64,000 nt of DNA from Candidatus Altimarinota bacterium (GTDB taxonomy: Bacteria; Patescibacteriota; Gracilibacteria; CAIRYL01; GCA-016699755), in NCBI GenBank assembly GCA_963664295.1, contig OY760935.1, forward strand, positions 928,001-992,000, read 5' to 3'. Shown here piece by piece: positions 41,431 to 50,431 of this stretch (position 1 is its first letter; the number at the start of each line of letters is the position of its first letter). The position numbers and the translations under genes were made by a program. The notes below the pieces were generated by a model. It saw nothing but the letters and a program-made list of their open reading frames with translations. It searched no databases and was not told the origin of the DNA.

Positions 41431-41670
41431 TTATTTATTTTTTAAATAATCATTTAACTCGCCCTCATCACTTGTTCGAAAAACTTCTTTTTCGCCTTCA
41501 AAAATAACCAGTGTTGGCACAGTTGTTATTTGCATTGCTTGTGCTTTGTCAAAAAAACCATCTTTTGTGTCATCAAAAAATTCAAGTTCAAGCCCTTCTT
41601 GTTTATTGACAAACTCCTTAAAAGAAGGGCACTTTGGGCAGGTTAATGTTGTAAATAAAATTGCCTTCAT
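41431..41670 (-). CDS. Thioredoxin/glutaredoxin-like redoxin
   Basis: CPKC active site and TVPT cis-Pro motif, inside the nrd operon. Confidence 0.85.
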   Translation of the reverse strand: MKAILFTTLTCPKCPSFKEFVNKQEGLELEFFDDTKDGFFDKAQAMQITTVPTLVIFEGEKEVFRTSDEGELNDYLKNK

Positions 41671-41672
41671 AA

Positions 41673-41894
41673 TTAGCTATATTTTTTCATGAATTTTGAA
41701 TTTGCAGTACAAACTTCTGAAAAAGACTTTCTTGAATAAAACTCTGACTTTTTTCCAACATTAAAATTGGAAACAGGACGATGATAACCCATAACACGAG
41801 TCCACACTTCACAGCGAGTTCTTTTGTCGCTTAAATTTTGGTCTTGTGTTGTTTGTTGCACGCCTTGTGCAGTTGTTGTTTGGGTTTTTTGCAT
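41673..41894 (-). CDS. Stand-alone NrdD C-terminal glycyl-radical segment
   Basis: CEVWTRVMGYHRPVSNFNVGKKSEF (RVxGY glycyl-radical loop). Confidence 0.88.
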   Translation of the reverse strand: MQKTQTTTAQGVQQTTQDQNLSDKRTRCEVWTRVMGYHRPVSNFNVGKKSEFYSRKSFSEVCTANSKFMKKYS

Positions 41895-41913
41895 TTTTGT
41901 TTAAAAAAATTTA

Positions 41914-44022
41914 TTAAGAAAGGTTAGAAGAATATTGTTTACGAATTTCTGCATCACGAGTTGATTCGTAAATTCCTAATTTTTCGTCGCATTTTGGGCA
42001 GAAGTCGTGTTCTCCTTCAATGTAGCCATGGATTGGACAAACTGAAAAAGTAGGAGTAATTGTCAAATATGGAATACGGAAGCTTTTTAGGGCTGTGTGG
42101 ACAAAGTTTTTACAAGCTTCTGAGCTAGAAACTCTTTCTCCCATATACATATGGAACACTGTTCCTCCTGTGTACATGCCCTGTAATGTTTCCTGCAATT
42201 CTAAGGCCTCAAAAGCATCATCTGTAAGCTCCACAGGTAATTGTGAAGAATTTGTGTAATATGGATAATCTTTTGTGCCAGACTGAATAATATTTGGAAA
42301 TTTTTTCTGATCTTCTTTTGCAAAACGATAAGTTGTGCCTTCTGCAGGAGTTGCTTCAAGGTTATATAAATTACCTGTTTCATTTTGAAACTCAGTAATT
42401 TTATTACGCATGTATGTTAATGCTTCCTCTGCAAATTCTTGTCCAAACTCATCAGCAATATTGTGTTTATCCTCACTAAAATTACGAACTGCTTCATTGA
42501 TACCATTAACGCCAATGGTAGAAAAATGGTTATTTAATGTGTTTAGATATCTTTTTGTGTAAGGAAAAAGTCCAAGCTCAAGCCAGCGAGCTATTTCTTT
42601 TCTTTTAATCTCCAAAGAAGTTTTTGCCAATTCCATCAAATGACCAAGTCTTTTTAAAAACGCTTCTTTGTCGCCTTTGTGTGCATAACCAATGCGAGCT
42701 GCGTTGATTGTCACCACACCAATTGATCCTGTCATTTCAGCAGAACCAAAAAGACCATTTCCTCTTTTTAGAAGTTCATTTAGGTCTAATTGAAGCCTAC
42801 AACACATTGAACGCACATGATTTGGTTTTAAGTCAGAATTAAGAAAATTTTGAAAATATGGCAAACCATATTTAGCGGTCATTTCAAAAAGCAGGTTAGT
42901 GTTTTCATTCTCCCAATCAAATTCAGGAGTAATGTTATATGTTGGAATTGGAAAAGTAAAAACTCTACCCTTAGAATCGCCTGCCTTCATTACATCAAGA
43001 TAAGCTCTATTGATAAAATTCATTTCTTTTTGTAATTCACCAAAAGTAAATTCAAAATATTCACCACCAAGTTTTAACCTTTTATCTTTTAGGTCCTCTG
43101 GCGCAACCCAATCCATTGTAATATTGGTAAATGGAGTTTGTGTGCCCCAGCGAGAAGGAACATTAAGGTTAAAAACAAAAGATTGAATGTTTTGATAAAC
43201 ATATTTGTAAGTTTTTTCGTCTATGTATTCTTGCTTTGCCTCTTCAGAAGGAAATTTCATGCCAAATTTTTCCACCTCTGCCTCTGTTTCCATTGCATAT
43301 TTTTTTACATATGGAGAAAGGTAAGTATCAAAACTAGAAAAAGCTTGTGCACCTGCCCATTCATTTTGCAAAGTGCCAAAAAAATTCACCATCTGAGAAA
43401 CAGCGCTAGAAAGGTGCTTTGGTGGAGCAGACTCAACACGACCATGTTCACCATTAAAGCCCTCTTCTAAAAGCTGACGCAAGCTCCAACCAGCACAATA
43501 ACCAGAAAACATATCAAGATCATGAATATGATAATCACCGTTTCTATGAGCATCGCCAACCTCACGAGGATAAATATGAGAAAGCCAATAATTAGCTGTC
43601 ACCTTTCCTGCTGTGTTTAAAATTAAACCACCAAGAGAATAGCTTTGATTAGAGTTAGCATTCACACGCCAATCTAATTTTTGCAAATATTCATCCATTG
43701 TTTTTTCTACTTCAACCACAACTTTTCTGTCTTCTCTAAGTTCAGTTTTTCTTTCACGATAAAGAATATAGGTTTTTGCTGTTTTAGCATGACCTTCTTC
43801 GATTAAAACTTTTTCAACTGCATCTTGAGTGTCTTCAACAGTAGGAATTGCGTCCTTAAAATTAGTTTCCAAGTACAAAATAACTTTTTCAGCAAGCTCA
43901 CCAGCTGTGTTTTGATCTTCACCACCAACGGCTTTGGCAGCTGAAAAAATAGCCTTCTCGATTTTGTCTGAATCAAAATCAACAATAGCTCCGTTGCGTT
44001 TCTGAATTTTATAAATTGCCAT
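41914..44022 (-). CDS. nrdD: Class III ribonucleoside-triphosphate reductase catalytic subunit (ATP cone; lacks glycyl-radical tail)
   Basis: ATP cone (KRNG..VDFD..KI), HIHDL, GYCAGW, RSMCCRL, YNLEATPAE, CPIHG..FCPKC; no RVxGY. Confidence 0.93.
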   Translation of the reverse strand: MAIYKIQKRNGAIVDFDSDKIEKAIFSAAKAVGGEDQNTAGELAEKVILYLETNFKDAIPTVEDTQDAVEKVLIEEGHAKTAKTYILYRERKTELREDRKVVVEVEKTMDEYLQKLDWRVNANSNQSYSLGGLILNTAGKVTANYWLSHIYPREVGDAHRNGDYHIHDLDMFSGYCAGWSLRQLLEEGFNGEHGRVESAPPKHLSSAVSQMVNFFGTLQNEWAGAQAFSSFDTYLSPYVKKYAMETEAEVEKFGMKFPSEEAKQEYIDEKTYKYVYQNIQSFVFNLNVPSRWGTQTPFTNITMDWVAPEDLKDKRLKLGGEYFEFTFGELQKEMNFINRAYLDVMKAGDSKGRVFTFPIPTYNITPEFDWENENTNLLFEMTAKYGLPYFQNFLNSDLKPNHVRSMCCRLQLDLNELLKRGNGLFGSAEMTGSIGVVTINAARIGYAHKGDKEAFLKRLGHLMELAKTSLEIKRKEIARWLELGLFPYTKRYLNTLNNHFSTIGVNGINEAVRNFSEDKHNIADEFGQEFAEEALTYMRNKITEFQNETGNLYNLEATPAEGTTYRFAKEDQKKFPNIIQSGTKDYPYYTNSSQLPVELTDDAFEALELQETLQGMYTGGTVFHMYMGERVSSSEACKNFVHTALKSFRIPYLTITPTFSVCPIHGYIEGEHDFCPKCDEKLGIYESTRDAEIRKQYSSNLS

Positions 44023-44141
44023 GTAAAAAGATAAAAATGCAGATTAAAAGGTTGTTATTATATTTTGTTTTTTTGCGGTCAGCAAACTTTATTATATATA
44101 AATTATTACAATTCTCTAAGCTAAGTGCTTTTTGAGGCTAA

Positions 44142-44189
44142 ACCTAATATATTGTGTTTTTTTAAGGGACAAATAACAATATATAGGAT
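44142..44189. promoter_or_regulatory. Tandem NrdR boxes
   Basis: ACCTAATATATTGTGT (44142-44157) and TAACAATATATAGGAT (44174-44189) resemble acaCwAtATaTwGtgt, 32 bp apart, upstream of nrdD. Confidence 0.8.
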
Positions 44190-44264
44190 TTATCTTTCTG
44201 GTGCAAAGAAAAATTTGTTGCCAAAATAATAAAAATATTCTCCGATTAAAATAGAGAATAAATT

Positions 44265-45110
44265 TTATTTAAAAACAATAGTTCTGTTTTTAAACACAAT
44301 AATTTTATTTTCAGTGTGTTTCCTGATTGCGTTGGCAAAAACAGCTTTTTCACATTCTCTGCCCATTAGTTTTAAGTTTTTAATACTATGATGATGTTTA
44401 ACTCTTTGGACTGATTGATCAATTATTGGGCCCTGATCGAGGTTAGGCGTAACATAATGAGAAGTTGCGCCAATCATTTTTACACCCCTTTCGTACGCTT
44501 CTTCATATGGACGCGCTCCAACAAAAGAAGGCAAAAAAGAGTGATGTACATTAATAATTTTTTGTCCTACTTGATTTATAAAGTCTTCACTTAAAATTTT
44601 CATATAACGTGCAAGTCCAATCGCATCTGTTTTGTTCTTTTTAATGATTTCCAGCATTTTTTCTTCATGCTCATAAGAACCTTTTTTACTTGAAACATAA
44701 TAAAAAGGTATTCCACAGCAATCTGCTATCTTTTTTTGATCTTCAAAATTACTAATAATATATGGTATTTCTATTTTTAATTCACCAATTAGGGTTCTAC
44801 TCAAAATGTCTGCCAAACAATGACCCTCCCTAGAGCATAAAAGTCCTATTGATTTTTTACTTAAACCCAAATCAACTTTGATATTCATATCAAACTTCTT
44901 GCGAATTGGCTCAAATTGTTCAACAAAATCTTCTTCGTTTCTAAAATATCTTTCTTTTGCTTCCCACTCAATTCTTGTAAAAAAGTTTTTATCCTCCACA
45001 TGCTCTTCCATTAAGTAGATACTTAAACCTCTTTCATATAAAAAACCGGAAACAGCATATACTATTCCAGCTTGATCAGGGCATGAAATTAAAACACTTG
45101 CTTTTCTCAT
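44265..45110 (-). CDS. purU: Formyltetrahydrofolate deformylase
   Basis: ACT-like N-terminus (SCPDQAGIV..VS), HCL.D, LARYMKILS, INVHHSFLPSF.GA.PY, GVK.IGATSHYVT..LD.GPII. Confidence 0.92.
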   Translation of the reverse strand: MRKASVLISCPDQAGIVYAVSGFLYERGLSIYLMEEHVEDKNFFTRIEWEAKERYFRNEEDFVEQFEPIRKKFDMNIKVDLGLSKKSIGLLCSREGHCLADILSRTLIGELKIEIPYIISNFEDQKKIADCCGIPFYYVSSKKGSYEHEEKMLEIIKKNKTDAIGLARYMKILSEDFINQVGQKIINVHHSFLPSFVGARPYEEAYERGVKMIGATSHYVTPNLDQGPIIDQSVQRVKHHHSIKNLKLMGRECEKAVFANAIRKHTENKIIVFKNRTIVFK

Positions 45111-45178
45111 AAAAAAATAAAAAACAAAAATAATTCTTACATAAAAAATTATTTTTCAGTATGTTTTTTTTTATTTTT

Positions 45179-46069
45179 TTACTTAAAACCCTCTGTTCTA
45201 ATTTGCAAATACCTAAAAATTTCTTGAGGAACATTAATTCCTGTTGCCTCTTCAAAGCCTTTAAATCCCGGCGAAGAGTTAACCTCACAAATTCGATAAC
45301 CTTTTTTATCAAAAAGAATATCAACACCAGCAATTTCAAGACCCAAAAGCCTGGTTGACTCAACCGCAAGCCATTCTAGCTCTGGATTTAGTGGAAAATT
45401 TTCTACTGAACCACCAATGGAATAATTGGCCTTAAAACCATCAGCAACTGCGGTGCGCAACATAGCTCCAATTGGACGACCGCCAACCAAAAAAACCCGA
45501 ATGTCTCTGCCTTTACTTGAAGAAATAAATTCTTGAAAAATAACATTTAGCTCCTGTTCTGCGCTAGAGCCTGTTGTAAAATCAATAATATCTTCTAGTT
45601 GTGAGCTTTTTTCGCACAAAACAACACCTTTTCCTTGTGAGCCAATGGTTGTTTTCATAATCAAAGGAAAGCTGAATTCTTTTTTAATAAAACTGATATC
45701 TAAAGGCAATTTGGCAAACATTGTTTTAGGAATTGGGATATTGTTTGTAGCTAAAATTTGAATTGTTTTTAGCTTATCTTTTGATTCATCTATACTTTTT
45801 GCTGAGTTCACAACATAAACCCCCATATTTTCCAAATATCTAATAACAGCATAATAAAAATAATTTGTTTTCCCTCTGGCAATAACGCAATCGGGTGCTT
45901 TTATGTATTTATTGTTATATAAAACCGTTTTATTTTCTGGTCTTGGCTCAATTAATTCAAATTTTTTTGGATTAACCACTCTAAATTGAATTCCTTGTTT
46001 TTTAGCCTCTTCTTTAAGCCTGTTTACAGCATATGTTTTTGCTTGTTCTGTTAATACCCAAACTCTCAT
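45179..46069 (-). CDS. RimK-family ATP-grasp alpha-L-glutamate ligase
   Basis: DKL.T.Q.L....IP.P.T, GSQGKGV, QEFI...GRDIR, AN...GG, AGVD, EVNSSPG. Confidence 0.9.
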   Translation of the reverse strand: MRVWVLTEQAKTYAVNRLKEEAKKQGIQFRVVNPKKFELIEPRPENKTVLYNNKYIKAPDCVIARGKTNYFYYAVIRYLENMGVYVVNSAKSIDESKDKLKTIQILATNNIPIPKTMFAKLPLDISFIKKEFSFPLIMKTTIGSQGKGVVLCEKSSQLEDIIDFTTGSSAEQELNVIFQEFISSSKGRDIRVFLVGGRPIGAMLRTAVADGFKANYSIGGSVENFPLNPELEWLAVESTRLLGLEIAGVDILFDKKGYRICEVNSSPGFKGFEEATGINVPQEIFRYLQIRTEGFK

Positions 46070-46189
46070 TATTTTAATAAAAAGCCGATTATTTATAATA
46101 CCGAATTTAAAATTCTCAAAGAAAAAATTAGGGACAAAATTTTACATTTATTTTAAAAATATTATAATTAAATCCCTTTTTGAGAAAAA

Positions 46190-46885
46190 ATGAACGAAAA
46201 AATAATTACCAGCACACAAACATCTGCAATACAGGACTTTTTAAATAAAACTTACGGCTGGATGGCAACTGCCTTGGCACTTACAGGCCTTACTGCTTAT
46301 TATGTCGCTAATTATCAAATTTCATTAGTGCTTTCTTTGGCACAAGGTGGCTTAATGTGGCTACTTTTGTTTGCGCAAATTGGTTTAGTTATTTATCTCT
46401 CTGCTCGTATTCAAAAAATGTCCTTGCAAACAGCCATAGTTTTATTTTATGTTTATGCAATTACTGTTGGTATTACATTTTCTACGCTTTTCTTGGCTTA
46501 TACTGCGTCATCTTTAGCTAGCACTTTTTTTATCACTGCTGGCACTTTTGGCGCCATGAGTGTTTATGGATATTTCACAAAAACCGACCTAAGCTCAATT
46601 GGAAATATTTTGCTAATGCTTCTGGTGGGATTAATTTTAACTAGTATTGTTAATATTTTTCTCAATAGCCCAGCTATTTATTGGGTGACAACTTTTGTGG
46701 GTATTTTTATTTTTGTTGCACTTACTGCTTATGACACACAAAGACTGAAACATGTTGCCACCACACTACAAGACAGCACAAGCGAAGGTGCGCAAAAAAT
46801 AGCAATTATACTTGCTTTGTCTTTATATCTTGATTTTATTAACCTTTTCTTATATTTACTTAGGCTTTTTGGTAGTAGAGATTAG
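46190..46885 (+). CDS. Bax inhibitor-1/YccA-family membrane protein
   Basis: About 7 TMs, TAYDTQRLK, ALSLYLDFINLFL.LL. Confidence 0.92.
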   Translation: MNEKIITSTQTSAIQDFLNKTYGWMATALALTGLTAYYVANYQISLVLSLAQGGLMWLLLFAQIGLVIYLSARIQKMSLQTAIVLFYVYAITVGITFSTLFLAYTASSLASTFFITAGTFGAMSVYGYFTKTDLSSIGNILLMLLVGLILTSIVNIFLNSPAIYWVTTFVGIFIFVALTAYDTQRLKHVATTLQDSTSEGAQKIAIILALSLYLDFINLFLYLLRLFGSRD

Positions 46886-46887
46886 CC

Positions 46888-48069
46888 CTACCATGTCCAC
46901 CTCCTGCTTCCGTTCATAAGCGAATCTCTATTGCCTGAGTTTAATACTAATTTTACTGCTTTTTTCTGTTGTTTTTCATCTTCTCCTAGTTCGCGCATTA
47001 CTATCATAGTAATGTCGTCTTCTTGCACATAATCACTGCCAACAAAGTCGCTAAATTCATCTGAAATTTTGTCAAAAATACTTTCTAAGGATTTTTTGTA
47101 AGCATTTTCTTGCAATGTCACCTTAAGCCTTTCTAGTCCAAACATTTCGCCTTTTTGATTGCGCGCTTCGGTTATGCCGTCTGTGTAAAGCAAAACCACG
47201 TCGTCAGGATCAATATCAAGTTCTTTTTCTTCAATAATTGCACCTATGTTTGGTGTCATGCGTAAAGCAATTCCTCCTGACTTTATGGTCTCAACTTGTT
47301 GAGTTTTTGCTCTGTAAATTAAAATATGCTCATGACCTGCGCCTGTGTAATACATTTTTCTTCTTAGGGCGTCCCAGCGAAGCATGACCAAGGTCATAAA
47401 TCTTTGAGAAGAAATTCTATCGCATAAAACATCATTAACCATAGTTAAAATTTCCGCTGGCATTTTGTCATTAGCCGCATAAGCGTGTATTAAGGTGTTT
47501 ACCATCATCATAACCAAGCCAGCTGGAATGCCGTGCCCTGTCACATCACCAATATAAACAAGTGTATTTTGATCTCTTTGTATAAAATCAAAGGAGTCTC
47601 CTCCCATTTCTGCGGCCGCTTTTGTTTTTGCCATTATTTCAAGACCCTCAATATCTTGGGTACTTTTTGGTAAAACATCCTGCTGAATACTACGAGCAAC
47701 ATCCACTTCTGAAAATAATCTTCTTTGCTCAACTAAATCACTAGAAATTTTTTCTAAATTTCTAGTCACTTCATTAAAAAAATGTGTCACAACACCAATT
47801 TCATCAGGACTAAGTGGTTTTAATCTTTTGTATTTTTTACCTGTTAGTAGCGCCTTTGCTTGCGGTGCAACTCTTTTTAGGGGTCGCGAAACAAGAAATA
47901 TAAAACCAAAAACAATGATTATTAAAAAAACAACAGAAACACTGAAAAATATTAATTTTTCACTTTTACCAAGGCTATTTAAGGCAAAAATCAACACAAA
48001 CGCTGGTGATATGGTCACCAACAAAAATAAAATATATTTTAGCGTTAAATTTGCTCTTAAAAATCGCAT
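46888..48069 (-). CDS. Membrane PP2C/SpoIIE (RsbU-like) phosphatase with HAMP domain
   Basis: Two TMs, HAMP (DEIG..T..FN), GGDSFDF, GDVTGHG, YTDGITEA, DDITM. Confidence 0.92.
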   Translation of the reverse strand: MRFLRANLTLKYILFLLVTISPAFVLIFALNSLGKSEKLIFFSVSVVFLIIIVFGFIFLVSRPLKRVAPQAKALLTGKKYKRLKPLSPDEIGVVTHFFNEVTRNLEKISSDLVEQRRLFSEVDVARSIQQDVLPKSTQDIEGLEIMAKTKAAAEMGGDSFDFIQRDQNTLVYIGDVTGHGIPAGLVMMMVNTLIHAYAANDKMPAEILTMVNDVLCDRISSQRFMTLVMLRWDALRRKMYYTGAGHEHILIYRAKTQQVETIKSGGIALRMTPNIGAIIEEKELDIDPDDVVLLYTDGITEARNQKGEMFGLERLKVTLQENAYKKSLESIFDKISDEFSDFVGSDYVQEDDITMIVMRELGEDEKQQKKAVKLVLNSGNRDSLMNGSRRWTW

Positions 48070-48890
48070 TATTTCTTAGCTGTTAAATTAATAAGATGGT
48101 TTATTCCTGTAAGCTCTAATATTTCGTACAAATCCGCAGGAATATTGATAATTTTTAAGTCTCCTCCTTTTTCTTTGGCTTCTTTTTTCCATTCAACCAG
48201 CCTACCAATAAAGGTGGACATGAAAAACTCAACTTGATCAAAATCAAAAACAATTAAGTTGCCAACTTTTTCATTTTTCTTGAAAAACTCATCAACTTCT
48301 TTGGTTTTTTGCAATATTGTTGTTTCGTCGATAATGCCTGAAAAGGTAAATATTTTTTCGCCAAGACCTACCTCTGCTGTTGGCATATCCATAGTTGGAA
48401 TTATTTCATAGCTTGATGCTTTATTTCTTATTATTGTTGGCACCTCTTCTTCCTCGCCTGCTTTAAAGTTTTTACCAAAAACAACACAAATTCCCCCTAA
48501 TTCACTGTCTTTGATGTCAAATTCATCTGTCCATTTTTTTGCTATTTGAGCCAAACCCCTACCAGATGTTTTTGTGAGCACATTATGCTCTTCTTCATTA
48601 ATAACTATTTTTTTTAAATCCTCTGCTTTAAGGTTTTTTTTGCCACTACCGTGGTCTTCTATTTTTATGGTTATTTTGTCTTCTTGAAGTAAAAAATGAA
48701 TATTAACTGGTGAAAATTGAGCTGATCCATGCTTTACGGCGTTCATAAAAACCTCAGAAAAAACCAGCTTTAAACGACTTTGGTCTCTTTTAGATAAACT
48801 TGTGTTTTTAAAAATAGATTCTGCAATAGATCGCACAGAAGGTGAAACCTCTTCTAATGCCGGCACAGAAAACATGAATTCTTGGTTCAT
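48069..48890 (-). CDS. RsbW-like HATPase fused to a C-terminal STAS domain
   Basis: SEVFMNAVKHG, IEDHGSG, SGRGL; then G.ID...DFDQVEFFMSTFIG...EILELTG. Confidence 0.82.
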   Translation of the reverse strand: MNQEFMFSVPALEEVSPSVRSIAESIFKNTSLSKRDQSRLKLVFSEVFMNAVKHGSAQFSPVNIHFLLQEDKITIKIEDHGSGKKNLKAEDLKKIVINEEEHNVLTKTSGRGLAQIAKKWTDEFDIKDSELGGICVVFGKNFKAGEEEEVPTIIRNKASSYEIIPTMDMPTAEVGLGEKIFTFSGIIDETTILQKTKEVDEFFKKNEKVGNLIVFDFDQVEFFMSTFIGRLVEWKKEAKEKGGDLKIINIPADLYEILELTGINHLINLTAKK

Positions 48891-48960
48891 TTTTATTTTT
48901 GTTTACTTAATAAATTATCTCATATTTTTGCCTTAAAATCAATATTTAAACTGTGTTTTT

Positions 48961-50355
48961 TTATAAACTTGGCAAGCCTGAGATTTCTGGATACTGTTTT
49001 AGGTGCTCATAAAATTCATTTTGAATTTCCATCAATTTTTCATTACTTCTGGCCTCAAACCTTAGGGTTAAATAAGGGGAGGTATTAGATGCGCGCACAA
49101 TTCCCCATGCGCCATCTTCAAAATCAACTTTTACTCCATCAATGGTTAATGCTTTATCCCTGTATTTTTGAGCAAAAAAATCAACTATTTTCTGCATAAT
49201 TTCAAACTTGTGCTCTTCTGCAATTTTTACCTTTATTTCTGGAGTAACAAATGTTTTTGGCAGGTCTTCAAAGTGCTGTTTTAAGGGTGTTTTTTTATTA
49301 GCTACAATTTCTAATAACTTTGCTCCTGCTAAAAAAGCATCATCAAAGCCATAATAGTCATCTGCAAAAAACATATGCCCAGAAACTTCTCCTCCCAACA
49401 AAGCACCTGTTTCTAGCATTTTATTTTCAATATAACTATGACCTGTTTTGCAGGGAATTGCTTTCCCTCCTAATTTTTCTATTTCATCTGCCAAAACCTG
49501 TGTGGCTTTTAAATCATAAACCACTGTTGCTCCATGTTTTTTTCTTAAAAGCTCTCTAGCAAGTAGCAATAAAAGCAAATCAGCTGCATAATATTCACCA
49601 TTTTCGTCAATAATACCAACCCTGTCTCCGTCTCCATCAAAAGCAATTCCCATTATTGCATTTTCTTTTTTTACGGCTTTTTTTAAGTCTTGCAAGTTTT
49701 TTTCTTCTTCTGGATTTGCTTCATGGTTTGGAAAATCACCATCAACATTACAATAAAGAGGCACTATTTCTACTCCAATTTCTTGAAAAAAGCTTCCCGC
49801 GAAAGCACCTGCCACGCCATTTCCACAATCCACAACTACTTTTGGCTGACCCTCAATTTTTACTAATGAGGCAATTTTTTTTATCCAATCTTGAGCAAAG
49901 CTTTTTTCTTCCATTTCACCCTGTCTTTCTGACAGGTAATAATCGCCGTTTTTAACTATTTCTTTGATTTCTTGAATTTGATCACCAAAAATAGCATGTG
50001 CGCCTTTTGACTGTAGCTTAAAGCCATTAAATTCTTTTGGATTATGACTAGCGGTAATATTTACACCGCCATCAAATTCTCCAAAACAAACTGAAAAATT
50101 AAGCAAAGGCGATGTGGCTAGTCCAATATCAACAACATTAATTCCACAATCACGCACTCCTTCAATAAAAGCTTTTTGCAAAACAGGCGAATGTGTTCTG
50201 CCATCACGCCCCACTACAATGGTTAAAGGTAGGTTATTATTGCGCAATAAATAGCTTGCATAAGCTTTTCCAATTAAATTAGCCCCTTCTTCGTCAAAAT
50301 CTTCTCCCACAACACCCCTAATGTCATAGGCACGAAAAATATGATCTTTTATCAT
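48961..50355 (-). CDS. Phosphomannomutase/phosphoglucomutase
   Basis: IFRAYDIRG, ITASHNP, FDGDGDR, GEVSGH, RASNT. Confidence 0.95.
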   Translation of the reverse strand: MIKDHIFRAYDIRGVVGEDFDEEGANLIGKAYASYLLRNNNLPLTIVVGRDGRTHSPVLQKAFIEGVRDCGINVVDIGLATSPLLNFSVCFGEFDGGVNITASHNPKEFNGFKLQSKGAHAIFGDQIQEIKEIVKNGDYYLSERQGEMEEKSFAQDWIKKIASLVKIEGQPKVVVDCGNGVAGAFAGSFFQEIGVEIVPLYCNVDGDFPNHEANPEEEKNLQDLKKAVKKENAIMGIAFDGDGDRVGIIDENGEYYAADLLLLLLARELLRKKHGATVVYDLKATQVLADEIEKLGGKAIPCKTGHSYIENKMLETGALLGGEVSGHMFFADDYYGFDDAFLAGAKLLEIVANKKTPLKQHFEDLPKTFVTPEIKVKIAEEHKFEIMQKIVDFFAQKYRDKALTIDGVKVDFEDGAWGIVRASNTSPYLTLRFEARSNEKLMEIQNEFYEHLKQYPEISGLPSL

Positions 50356-50394
50356 AAGCCAGTTAATAAACTTATATAAAATATAGCATAAGTT

Positions 50395-50422
50395 AAAAAA
50401 AATACCCACAACGGGGTATTTT
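50395..50422 (-). terminator. Putative intrinsic terminator
   Basis: ATACCC-acaacg-GGGTAT stem flanked by A/T runs. Confidence 0.55.
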
Positions 50423-50431
50423 AATTAAATC

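Noticed and set aside
41895-41913. Frameshift or sequencing error explaining the nrdD split
   Set aside because: Both reading frames are closed by TAA codons in the gap and both products have independent tails.
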